A stretch of 64,000 nt of DNA from Lingula anatina (lineage: Eukaryota; Animalia; Brachiopoda). The notes under the pieces were generated by a model. It saw only the letters and a list, made by a program, of their open reading frames with translations, ran no database searches and had not been told where the DNA came from. Made by a program: the position numbers and the translations under genes. Position 1 is the first letter of the stretch, and each line of letters opens with the position of its first letter. The DNA lies in NCBI GenBank assembly GCA_051362555.1, contig CM120645.1, forward strand, positions 15,004,001 through 15,068,000, in the 5' to 3' direction. Below are positions 35,880-61,800 of this stretch, in pieces.

Positions 35880-38259
35880 GCGTGAGCAACAACACAAGAG
35901 TACCAACATTATATATAGCTGGCTAACCTCCGTGATAGCTGGCTAACCTCCGTGACAGCTGGCCAAAGGAGGGTCGGTGTCACTGGCTAAATCTGGTCTG
36001 GATGTGTTGGAGGGCAACTTTTCAAACACTATGTGGCCATTTTCAGAGATGATAACTGAAGGAGATCATGAATAGCCTTTGTGACTTCACTTCTGATTCA
36101 ACAGCTTGGCACATTATCAAGCTTTTTTTTTTTTTTGTCATTTACAACTTTTTCAATTATTGAATGAAAAAATAGAAGAGAAAAATTGATTTCTTTTTTC
36201 ATTTCCTTTTGCCAATATCAATTATCATTTCTAGGACTGTAGTGTAATAATGTGCTTTGTGACTGCTTGCTTTATTCTCATTCTCAGATCTTATTAAGAA
36301 AATCCATTATTGTCATTTGGATTAAATTAAACAGCCAAGAATATTCAGGCACATTTAGAAAAACAAATTATCTTAACCAATATTATATGTTACATGAAAA
36401 GTTTTCATAAATTTTACATACATGGCTGGTCCTTGTGTAAATTAAAGTTGTTTGTCTCAGCTATTAGCTTTTTACTACCATTGTGGCAGTTATAAAATTC
36501 CTATATTCAGTTTTTGTTTTATCTCCACTGTGTCAAATTGAGTGATGGTATAAACATACTGAAGTTTGTGAACAATGAAGATACCTTTTATAATGAAATG
36601 TGTTAAGTTTATAATTTTAAGATTTTTGAAATGGAATGATGTGAAGAAATCTTTATGAAGGTATTGTAAGGAATTTGTTTGGGATAACCAACAAGGTATT
36701 ACTTCAGATATAACTTTTCTTGGCTTGGTACAGATATTCCTTCTTTATGGTAAATCTTGACATTGTCAGCACTTATTTGTCAAAAATCTTCTGCATTTGT
36801 GCACATGTCAAAATATCAGTCTGATTGAACTCCTAGCTGCCAAATGGTTATTGACTTGTCATCCAATATTGTTGTCAGCTGATTGACAATATGCATCTTT
36901 TTCTCTTATTGGTAAAAAGACCAGCATTTACATCATTGGTCAGTGTTGTCTCTGTGAGTTTTATCAGACCTCACTTTTCCAGATACAAGTTCTTATTATG
37001 TGCTTTCTGCATAATGTACAGTTATCATCATTGGCCAAGTTGTCATTATGGAGACCTCCAAAAAACAAAGTTAATATCACTTATCTGTGGTATGCAAAAC
37101 AAAAACCACAAGCAAAAGTCAATAAAATTAAATAAAATGAAACTATATAATTTAAATTTATATTCAAATGTCATTGTCCTGGAAGAGAATATCAAAAGTA
37201 GCAAGATTGCTATCAGCCAACATAGTTGAATTCTGATTGTTTCTTTTGTGATTGGTAAAAAAGGCGCCATTTATACCATGAGTTGGTATTTTGTTTGAAA
37301 AAGATGTCGTCAGCCAATTTGGCTTCAACCCAGATATGTTTTTACAAGCTATGCTTATTATATTATAAGAGATTATATATCATTAATTTAAGGTGCCATT
37401 TTCAGTGCACTATCTTGGGAATTTTTATTCGGTTGGGGAAAGATTAATATATTTGGCAGATTTACATCTAACAACCGAAAAGAATGGTGTTAGTGACCTT
37501 GTGGTATAACGTTTTCAGGTAAATAAAGCCATTTTTGTTCCAAAATGCAAGATAATAAATTGTTTTGCAAAGAACAACAAACACTTGTTATTCTTTACAT
37601 TTTGAATTCATGTTAACTAGTTAGACTACCATAAATAGCAGCTAATTGTAAGGAAAACTGGGTAATCTGCTTATTGACTTGGCGCGCCCGACTAAAGAAA
37701 ACTATGCGTTTGTCAACGCAAATTCTTGTCACTGTGTCAACTTTTAATATGCGCGCGCTTGCCGCGACCTTGGATAATTTATTGACTTATTCTTCCGTGT
37801 TTACTAGTGACATCATTCAACCCACAATGCACTGTAAAAGCTGACAAAGCGCTTTCTTTAGACAGGGATTTTTTCGGGTCACAAGCGCAATATCAGAAAG
37901 GTTTAACAACGTCATTAGGCAGTGTACTTCGTAAAACCATCAGGATAATTTCAACAAGCAATTTAGGACGTGACACAAGTGATTTTTTTTCTTCTCCAGT
38001 AATTTTTGGAATCGGAGCCGGGGATTGATTTTGGTCCGGTTTCGATCTTGGTGAGTAAGGGGTAGTGTTGGGAGAATCCAAATGTAGGTGGGTTAGGTTG
38101 GGTGTTTGGCGAAAATGTTGGGGAATGTTTGTATATTTTATGATTTGATTTTGCTGACAAAAATAAGTTCTTTCCAGTTAAGAAAAAACGTAGTATGAAT
38201 ATGTGAGGTCGAAGAGAAATTTGACATCAACTTATCTCATGACTCGAAAAATCTCCCAC

Positions 38260-38310
38260 TTCCCCCACGTGCACTATATTTCCACTGTGTTCCGCCATCT
38301 TGGAGGTGAT
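38260..38310 (+). promoter_or_regulatory. Probable UBA1 core promoter / 5' UTR exon region
   Basis: E-box CACGTG at 38266-38271 and YY1 motif CCGCCATCTTG at 38292-38302, upstream of the acceptor-adjacent ATG at 38481. Confidence 0.45.
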
Positions 38311-38480
38311 TGTATATTTCATTGTGAGAAGAAAGCCAACTTTGCATGCTAGATCTATTAATTTGGCTCTCGAAAAGGGTGACAGTCAATAATCAGCTTA
38401 TTCTTTAAAGCCAGCTGACTTCCTGTAAATTTTAGGTAGTGATCATTTCTTGTTTGATGTTATTTCACTGTTGCGTGTAG

Positions 38481-51690
<13,210 letters not shown>

Positions 51691-52436
51691 GTCACTGGGT
51701 CAAGTTCAAGGACAAAAGACTGAGGATTGTAAGATTCAGGATATAGTAAAAGCACTTGATAGACAAACTTATTTTGAGTAAAGAAAAGTTATTACAGAAA
51801 GGACAATACAGGACATGTACAAATTGAAAGAATATTTATTGTTATCTTAAGAAGGTATCAACCAACTGTGGCCCACAGCACGAAAAGATTCATTTTTGTT
51901 TGTTATAAGATATTTTAGACCCTGTTCAGTTATTATTTGACAATTGACCAATTCATGATTTGTTTATGCATAGTACTGTGTTTTGAAATGGACATCATTA
52001 AAATGGGTATTTCCAAGTTTGACCACAAAAGTTTTGCAGAAATATATTACAATGCATCAATGACAACATATCTATCATCACTCCCATAAAAGGAACCTGA
52101 TCAAAGTATTCCTCTTTTTGTTTTCAGTATGAGATTGAAAGATTGATAAATATTGGCTTGCCAGTAAATGGGATCAAACTGTTTGTATCATTATAAAGTT
52201 GTTGTCTAGGGTAAGGAAAAAAATGACTATCATTTAAGCAAGAATCTTATAACTTATTTGTGGTGAAACTTGAACACTCCTAGCAGTCCCTTCAGTCAAG
52301 TCAATTACTCCCGTTTGCCAAGCAAACTATGTTTTATACTGTACTAGGTTTGTATGTGTAGAATACAAAGTGCACTATATGTATGAGAACACCATTGGTG
52401 CATAAACATTTCCAAATCAAAAGGATTTGTATAACT

Positions 52437-52593
52437 GGGGCGTCTCGATAGTCCGAAGGTTCATTGGTCCGAAAAACGGTAATATTTTCTCCAGTTTTTC
52501 AGTCAAGGGTTCATTGGTCCGAAGGTTCCAAAGTGAACATTCGGACCAATGAACTTTCGGACTATTGAACCTTTGGACTATTGCTACAGCCCC
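52437..52593. mobile_element. MITE with 9-bp TSD (Mutator-like) in the probable UBA1 3' UTR
   Basis: GGGGCGTCTCGATAGTCCGAAGGTTCATTGGTCCGAA ... TTGGACTATTGCTACAGCCCC flanked by TGTATAACT twice. Confidence 0.85.
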
Positions 52594-52667
52594 TGTATAA
52601 CTACTGGTAAACTGATGTTTTGTTATTTTTGAATATACTAGAGCATTCTTTGAAGTAGTAGCATAAA

Positions 52668-52673
52668 AATAAA
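52668..52673 (+). terminator. Candidate UBA1 polyadenylation signal
   Basis: AATAAA followed by a T/GT-rich tract, ~1 kb after the stop codon. Confidence 0.4.
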
Positions 52674-53519
52674 ACTCAATTTTTGGTTGACTTTTGTTAA
52701 TAGTTTTTCATTTTCCTTTTATTTTTTTTGTCAAGCGATAAAACTTCTGTAATGTTGTGTTGCTATAGTCGATTGAAAGAACACACATAAGACTGTGTAT
52801 GACATGGACTATTACTCACTGATAATAAATGAATTTGCAAAATTACTTTCAATTTGTTTAGTATTTTTAAGTATTCAAGTTGTATTGAAATTTGTCTGCC
52901 CCAGCTGCTCTGAAGCTGTAACTTCAACCAGTGATAGTCGAGCTGACACCACAAGACAAACGTTTAACATGCGGACCCACATTACATCTTAACAAATTGA
53001 CCTGTTTTAGTGGACATATTTTACGCTATGGACTTGGCAAATTGTATTCAAAGTTTGCTAAATCTATCTTGCAAGCTAGACAGAAGGGTGACTGAAAATA
53101 TCTAAATCAAAATTGGTATTTGCCAGGAATGTTCTGTTTTTGAGGATTACCTCTCCGTATTTGAGGGATTTCAGAAACTTACATTTGTATAAAGTTCTCA
53201 AATGCAAAAAGTGGGGGTGGGGGTGGGCTACAATCACTCCCAACCTACACGCTAATGCATGCCCAAGTGGGGGGAAGGGAGCACAGTCTTACTCCTAAAA
53301 TTTGACTAAAAAATATTAGATAATAAGTGTCACCCAAAAAATTATCAAGAAAAAATTAATTACATTTTTCTTTCTCTGCATGCAATTGTAACTCAAATTC
53401 CCTGGACATTTTCCAACATAATTTTTGTTATCACAATCACGATAAAAAGTAAAATTAATAATAAAAATTTAGTGCGAGCTGCAGTCAGAGCAATGATTAT
53501 TCAAAATTTTGCCGGGAAA

Positions 53520-53795
53520 TTCTGATGACGTCTGAATCACCATAGCGAGAATTTTCATCCAATCAAAACAGGCCCGATTTGGCTGCGAGGCTTGTACACT
53601 TGGTCACGTGACACAGCAGACTTCAGTGCAGTATTCCTTGCACTGAAGATTTGGCGTTTCATTGCATCTTTGTCTACGGCTTTAATTCAGTCAGGGATTT
53701 GATATAATTTGGAAGTGGTCGATCTGGGTTCACCTACAGACGACTGAGAGGGCGAAATCATTCGACCGCATCGACACCCTCAATCCAGGCAGGTA
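53520..53795 (+). promoter_or_regulatory. Candidate promoter and non-coding first exon of an unidentified downstream gene
   Basis: CpG-enriched patch with TGACGTC (53526), CCAAT (53559), GTCACGTGAC (53603-53612) and a CAG|GTAGGT donor at 53793. Confidence 0.4.
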
Positions 53796-54266
53796 GGTGA
53801 TTGATAAGATCCGAACGCCGCAATTGAAAATGATTGAGACATAGCAGGGCAATCAGGCACATCGATCAATTCCGTTTAGGTAGTTGTTGCTAATCGTTTT
53901 GTTCAATTTGTATGCATCCATTAATAAGTGTTTAACAGTGTGGTTAGTCTAGCGTATTCTGAATACTTTGTACCCTTTCTTGTTGTGTAATACCCAGTGA
54001 ATTCTACACAGGTAGATTAGGTCCAGAATGCAGAAAATAAATGAAAGGCCAATATTCGGCGTTTCTATAAATTTCTAGGGTTAGATTACCCAAACTCAAG
54101 GGCATAGCATGTATGCCAGATAAAGAAATTTAATTATCGTATTTAGTCCCAAGGTCCACATCCCCACAGTCACTGCAACCAAGGAATTACAGTACATGTA
54201 GATCCTCTCAAATTCCTTGCTGTAACTTATTTATTGATCAAAAAACCAGTTTGTAAATGTAAACAG

Positions 54267-54953
54267 GGGCCGGTTTCACAAAGCAGTAGTTAGTTAGAAC
54301 AACTAACTACTGAACTACCTCGCTAACGAGCAAACTTAGCGATTTTCAAGGGGTGTTTCACGAAGCAGTAGTTAACTTATCGCTAAGTTCAGTCGTAAAG
54401 TTCGGTCGCTAGTTCTCTCGTTACTCACCGTAGTCTCGAAACCGTCTGCCGGAAGTGGAACTCTTGCGTAAAAGTGTCACGAAAGCACTAACTCTCCAAT
54501 TTTTGGTGGCTGGAAATGCATAAGAACGTCTGCTTGGAGGTCGTCGTAAAGAATCTCCACCACCTTTATGCCGCTCTTTTTGTCACAGCTAGGCGCAACC
54601 TCTCGCAAATTGCATCATCGTGTGTATATTCTAATAGATTCTGCCTTTCATGAAAACGTCGTAGTCTACGTTGCCGTCTGGCGGTACGGTTAGCAAGAAA
54701 GGTAGCCGCCATATTGGATACAAAGACAAACGACAGACAACGGTAACTAAGCAACCTTTTTATTTCGCTCATTACGCATGCGTACGATGAAACTCTAGAG
54801 TTAGCGACTGGTCTGACCAGTCGTTAAATATCCAAGGCAACAACGAGACAATAACGAGCGAGAGATCTAGCGACTGCTTCGTGAAACGGCACTCTAACTA
54901 GCGAGAGGCTAACTACCGATCGCTAACTAACTACTGCTTTGTGAAACCGGCCC
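54267..54953. mobile_element. Internally deleted Harbinger DNA transposon
   Basis: TIRs GGGCCGGTTTCACAAAGCAGTAGTTAGTTAG ... CTAACTAACTACTGCTTTGTGAAACCGGCCC. The minus-strand remnant MAATFLANRTARRQRRLRRFHERQNLLEYTHDDAICERLRL resembles the HARBI1-type transposase N-terminus. Confidence 0.85.
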
Positions 54954-54982
54954 TTGGTTCTCATTTTTTTGACATTGAAACA

Positions 54983-55138
54983 GGGCCGTGGCGATAGTCC
55001 GAAGGTTCAATAGTCCGAAGGTTCATTGGTCCGAATGTTCACTGTAGAACCTTCGGACCAATGAACCCTTGATTAAAAAATCGATAAAAATGTTACCACT
55101 TTTCGGACCAATGAACCTTCGCACTATCGAGACGCCCC
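54983..55138. mobile_element. Second, inverted copy of the 9-bp-TSD MITE family
   Basis: Reverse-complement match to 52437-52593; flanked by CATTGAAAC(A) twice. Confidence 0.85.
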
Positions 55139-55772
55139 CATTGAAACATGGGTTTAAAGTTTTATTTTTTGATGTTCATTTCTTCATTTGACACCAGCAA
55201 TTAAAAGAAAAAAAAGCTGTCAAAAGGCTGTCTTACTTAAATTATGTCTCTAAAGTCAAGTCAGATATCAGTTTGCAGTCTGTTGCATATGATATAGTCA
55301 TTAAAGCATTTGTTTTTCCATCATTAAGTTGACTTTCTTCCACCAGCCAGTCATAAACAGAGCATCCAAATCAATCAACCAGGTAAGAGGTTGGCTGGTT
55401 GTACTGAACGTACTAAATCATAGGAAGTTTTCACACACTATCGTTCACCTACGCTCACTTACACAAGTAACCTTTCACTCTCATGATCGATCCCAGATTT
55501 GATGGTCTAAAACTTCACGTAAGTGTGTGCGACAGAAACCAAGTCAACCACAAGGATAAATCAACGTAACGCTGCTTTATTCAACAACTGACCAAGATTC
55601 ATTACAAATATGATCTTTTATACAACTTTCTTTTTTCGCTACGATCTTATGCAGATTTTCTGCTGCAGGTCCGTGTCCAATCAGCGCACCAAAAGTTAAT
55701 GGATTCTAATCACATAAATACGTTGTCGGGAGCGTCTCTTCATCTCTGGGTGCTCCCGACATATTGAATATG

Positions 55773-55773
<1 letters not shown>

Positions 55774-55857
<84 letters not shown>
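55774..55857. repeat. (TA)n microsatellite
   Basis: Directly visible. Confidence 0.95.
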
Positions 55858-55861
<4 letters not shown>

Positions 55862-58800
55862 TTTTCATTACGTTTACTTGACATTTACATTATATTTTAT
55901 TTACGATAATCTTAAATATATTAATCTTAAATTAAAACTGTAACGTTTCATATTTAATAGTCTATATTTATTCAGGGGCTGGCGTCATCGGTCTCACCTA
56001 GATTCCACCCTTCTATTTGACCAATTTCTAACTTTGGAAGAGACCACAACAGGTTTCAGACAGTTTGTATGTTATCCATTCAAGACCAAAATTGATTGAC
56101 CTGTTACTGTAGGTCTTCACTTTCACAAGGAACTATTTTGGTCCAGTGTGGCTTTAGGCCTTCTTCTCCATGATGTCTCCTGCAGCAGCTTAGGTGTGCA
56201 AGTTTGTCTGATGTGACAACAATTCCTAAGCAAATCAGTGAGGAAATGGAACGAAAAAACTATAGATAATGAGTATTTTATAGATGCCAGAAAGGACATT
56301 TAAGTTTTACAGTTTAAAAGAAAGATCACTTATGTAAGGGAACTGTTATTTTTCATGTAACGTCAGTAGGATGCTCAGTCTCTTTCTCTCTCTCTCTCTT
56401 TCTCTCTCAAAACACACACACACAGACACACACACACATAACACTGATGCTGCACATATCCTTTATTTATATCAAGAAGTAGCAGAAGTAGAAGTCGGAA
56501 TCTAGCTTAAATGATTGTAGATCAGGCTTGAGAAGAAAAGCTTCAGAGATTGGTTCTGTCCAAACAGATAGTCTGTTAAAAATCAGTTTTAACCTATAAG
56601 CACTAATTCAGGCCTACCCAACTACCAGACTCGGCACCTAATGATCCTGAATTCACCGGTAGATCAGACCACACTACCCGTTTTCAAGGTGTGTGTCAGA
56701 TGGCATTACACAGTATCATACCCTGAACAAATTTTGGGTGGTGATGCAATGCTTTTCAACCCGCTGAGAATCGTCACTATCACATCGCGTACTAGGCAAG
56801 AGCAGTGTTGCTCAGTTTGATGTAAGACAGTTGCTGAAAGAAAATTTGATGCATTCCAACTGCTGTGTGAAGGGTATACTCCTTCTATACATTTAAATAT
56901 TCCGATGGTAATATATTATGTCTTAATATCCTGTAAAGCTTCTTATCTTTCCCAGTCCAGACCTGAAAATGATAAAAGCTTGATGCTGCTGTTTTTTTTC
57001 TGAAACGAAAGGAATCGTGATTTGTTAAGAATCAAGTTATTTACTTAGAAAATGCACAATTTACAAACCATTGAATCCAGGAGCTGTGACTTGTCAAGCA
57101 GTGATTTGAAAGTGGGAGAAAAAATATCCACAACATTTCACATGTCTGTATCATTGCATTCATCATTCATCAGTTTTATTTCAGGTGTTGAAATTTAGAG
57201 AAGTGATGTATAATGGCCTGACACATTGAGCTTGTTGTCAAATGTCAAAATGATTCCCATTTGACTTTAAAAGTTTGAGCTTGACGAATTTCAAAACAAA
57301 AATCAGGATTTATATGCTCTTTAATTTTTTATCAAAGACAGTTGCCTGTATAAAATATGTTGACTGTTTGGTGAGATCAACACAAAATACTTGCCACTGG
57401 CTAAAACAATTAAACAGTCTGTTTAAGATCTAGGATGATCATCAAATTCAGACAATTGCCCAGACTTTTAAAGGAAATGCATTTCCACCTTATTTATGTC
57501 TTCGTTATTATTATTATTATTATTATTTATTTTTTTATTGTTATTATTATTATTTTTAAATATGCACAGTATAAACAATTAGACATGAAATGAAATAGAT
57601 TGAATATAGACTTGATTTGACTGTAGTATAAGAACTTGCGGCAGCTCAACTCACCTGGCTTATTTTGACCCAAGGCACTTAACAGAGGGTGGCACCAAGT
57701 AGAGTTTGAACATTTCTTTCACTAGGTCAAGAACATCAGTAGGAAGCATTGGTATGTGAGAACAATTTAATTTTTTACTTTTTTGTTGTACACTTTCTGT
57801 GTCATTATTATATTATTGTTTTGGTTCCAGTTTTGATATATGAAATTAATATTTAGATTTTAAAGACCAAATAACTCCTTTTTCAATAGGGATGTTCAGT
57901 GTTAATGAAAAATAATTATTTTGCCAGTATGAATACTGTTATATTGGAAAATAAATTTGCAAAGCAATTTCAAAGTTCTTGCTGTCCATTTTCTAAATAC
58001 CATGTTGATTGCCCCTATTGTGAGAGTTCAACTGCTCCAGACTATACCAGAAGCTCCCAGACTGTCACTTCCTGTTGTAATCGATACAGAAATTATCAGC
58101 TTTTTGAAATCATGGAATGGAAAAAAAGTGCCAACATTCACATTTTTTCCAGCATATCATCCTGCCAACAGATGTGTTTTTTTTTTTTTTTTTATCTTAA
58201 CATAATTAGATTGTGCATTTAATGCTATGTATATACAGGTTGAACTGCTCTTCAGAATTGTACATATGAATTTAAGAAAAAATAGTCTTCTGATTGCATT
58301 ATTTGAAGATGATAGGCAAACTTTTGGTACTGTTGTAATTCTGACATTTAAAGTGAAAGCAGTGCCCCCTTTTTTACTACACCTCAGGCAAGTGCTTTCA
58401 CTCAATTTGAGACCAAGTTGGATCAATAATGATAGTACAGATTATGAATTTTTGATCATGATGGGACATATATAATCATTTACAGGAAAAGAAAAATGTA
58501 TGTCATATGACATTCATAAAAAATGAATAGTGATGTTAAAGCACATATAAGGAGAATGAAAGGCAAAGTTTAAAAAAAAGGATCTGTCCTTTAGAAGAAT
58601 TTCCTTTTTTTGCATTTAAAATGTTCCAAAATTTTGGTAAAATACAAGAAAGCAGTAAACCTTATATCTTTTTTAAAGCATTTTTGCTCCCATGGCAATA
58701 TAACCTTAAAATTTTAATAGTGGAATATTGAATGTACAATTTTAGATATGCTTTGTAGTCATGAGGATGAAACAACAGAAGAAGAAATTGGATCAATTTT

Positions 58801-61800
58801 TGTTGCTATTTGCAGGAACTTGCAAGGAGAAGGGAAATTTGAGATAAGAAGACACTTATCAAATCTAACTCATTTTAACCCTATGGGGGTTTTATCAATA
58901 GTAATCTGCAAAACTGATTTCAAATTGCCAACGGAATCAGATAAAAAGTCATTAGAACATGGCTTGCGCTTTTTCTGGACCAAATTTGAAAGTGTGTTGT
59001 ATGTATAATGTGTCTTTTTAGCTTAAGGTATAGGTCGTCATCAATCATGTGATAGATCTGGGTGTCTGGGGACAGGTTTTTACACCCACAGACTTGGAGA
59101 CCAACTTTATCAGAACAAGAAAAGAAAAGATAACAGAAACCAACTGCTTTCCAGTGGCAAATAATTTCTTAAGTAATGGAAATGTTTTAGAAGTTTGCTT
59201 AGGTTAGTGAAAATTGAAAATGCAATGATTATGGAATATAAGTCTAGATGCAAAATTAGTCATCTTTGTCATTTGAATGAATAAAAGAGAGACATGCAGC
59301 TACAGTGCTGCATGTCTCTCTTTGGTTGATGTTAAATTGAGCAACGATTGAAAATATTGACCAGTCACATTGTGAAGTTTTCAATGCCATGCTCCCAAGG
59401 CAATAGTAAGGGCACTGTCCACTTGCTATTAGTGACCACACTAAACAGGTTTTTCATCTATATATGATCGATTGCTGCATATTTTTAGTCTTAATGCTAT
59501 AGATTTGTGTGAAAAAATGGGCAATGTCGGTCCTCAAGAGGCGGGTATAATGTACAGATCCACTAGTTGCAATTCCCCTGACACTTGCACAAATAAGTCG
59601 CATTTGTAAGTGATGCTGATTGGAGAGATGGCAATTGAAAAATGGTGAAAGTTTGCTGCAATCAGAAGTTGGCATATAGAACGATTACGCCATAGCTTTT
59701 ATCAGATGTACTTTTCCTTGGCTTTGTGCCTGGGCTGTCAGGGGATTGAGTCGAGGATCTTCATGGAGGCTGTGATGGAAGTAATGGGACTCGGTGAATA
59801 GCCTAGCAGAGGTTCAATCGATGCTTTTAGATTTAGATTCCTTTCTTCAAAGGGGAATTGGAAGTAGGGTTGGTATTTAGATTCACCGCAGTGGACTTTA
59901 TAGCTTTGTTTTAAAGAGCTTAAGTGGTGTCAGGTTGTAGCACTTAATCGTATTGGGTAAATGTCTGATTGTGGAACTGAGGAGGTACAGGTAAGGTTTT
60001 GGCAGGTTTGAACACATGAGATTTATTACTAATAGAGAGAGATTGGGAAAGGGAAATGGAGGAAAAAACAGTTTGAAAATTTATACACCTGAATCTGACA
60101 ATGGCTCAAATGTCAGAGGGATAAGCTTGTATGGGCTACCACATTTGTGTACAGAGTGTGCAGGTGGAGCTCTAACCAACTGGAAAAAGCTGGTAGATTT
60201 TTTCCTCAATGGCTCAGACTCATAGTCAGAAAGGCCTTATCTGTCCTTCATTATTGTTTTTATCCTACTTATCTATACGTAACTTGACAAAAGATTCAGT
60301 TATAATATTTCTTGGGGAAAAATTATTGCAATGTTTTTTTTTTTTTTTTTTCATTTATTACTATATGAAAGTAAAGTGGGTGATGATGGTGCACTTTTTA
60401 GATGCTTTATTCATTCTTTCTCGTGGGAGGAAAATGACTAAGTCCAGTTGGGCATCTCTCTTCCGAGCTGATATTGTGTACTACATAGTTTTTTTGGTAT
60501 GTGACAAATGTTTTACATTTAACTCAATTTTTTTTATTGAATTCTCTACAGTATTGACCAAGCTTTTAATATTGGGAAGGTTCTGCTACTTTATCTTTCA
60601 AGGTGAGTAGATTGTAGCCTCTTCTTAGCATTATTCCAATCTCTAAAATTTCCGCTTTTATATCATGCCTGTGTGGGAGGTTTTTAATTCAGGTAGCAGG
60701 GGCCACCACAGAGTGTTTGACTCAGATGGATTTATTAACTAATATTACTCATTTCCATACCTGGTTGGAGGATTGCAGTGCTCTATAATTGTTGCTGTCC
60801 AAATTCTCCAATTCTTAAAAAAAGTCTACATCCGAGTGAATCACTTACCAGCACAAGAATTATAATGGTTTCTTCACTGATGAAATTCATGCAGATGAAT
60901 TGGTTGTAAAAATCATGATATTTTCTCAAATGATGAAGTTGATGAAATTCTTTCCCTGAATTAGTAAAAGATTAAAAGATAATGCCCTTTTGTACATTTG
61001 CACATTTTGTCAGCCTTTTGATTTAGACTTTACTTATGACTCAGATTTATCATTCCACTAGAATTTGACATTTGTGATGAGGAAAGAATACACAAGAGAT
61101 TGGCATTTGCTTGAATTTTCCATTTTTGCTCAATTAGTTATGTTGAAAAAAAAAAAAAAAGATATCTATTGCTTGGCGCATGTTTATGTCTGTAAATTTT
61201 CACCAAAAACAAATTTTACTTAAAGGTACATACGAACCGAGCATCGGTGGAGCGTGGATTCCCAGTAAGACATGTAAACCACTTCTACTAGTTTCTTATA
61301 CGACTCAAATAAATTCAACATGTCAAGGGATAAACTGAATAGATCACTCACTCAGCCATAAAAAAAAGCTTTAGACTGCTCCTTTCTTTAAATTTTTGGT
61401 CAGAAATTTAACCTACTTTCGTGACCTACTTTAATTCCCCATTGACATACAGCATAGAAGTCTAGCAGAAAAATCTGTTCAAACATCATTTTCGGGTAAC
61501 ATTAAACAATGCACTTTGGTAATTCTCTTAGCTATACTACTTGAAACTATATGCTGGCATTTGGTTGGTTTTTGTGACAAAAAATTGACTTAGTATGCAT
61601 CTTTAACATGTACATTGGATTCATATGAAATATTTGAAGATTATGCCAGTTTTTCATTAGTGAGACTAATAATACATCTTTGCCCAAAACTTTTTGGTAA
61701 TTATTTCGCTGAATCACACAGAGATATTACAGGTGGTTATTTTGAACGGCATCTACCCCAATCTTGGGAAAAGCCCTGCATAATATGGAAACAATACAGA

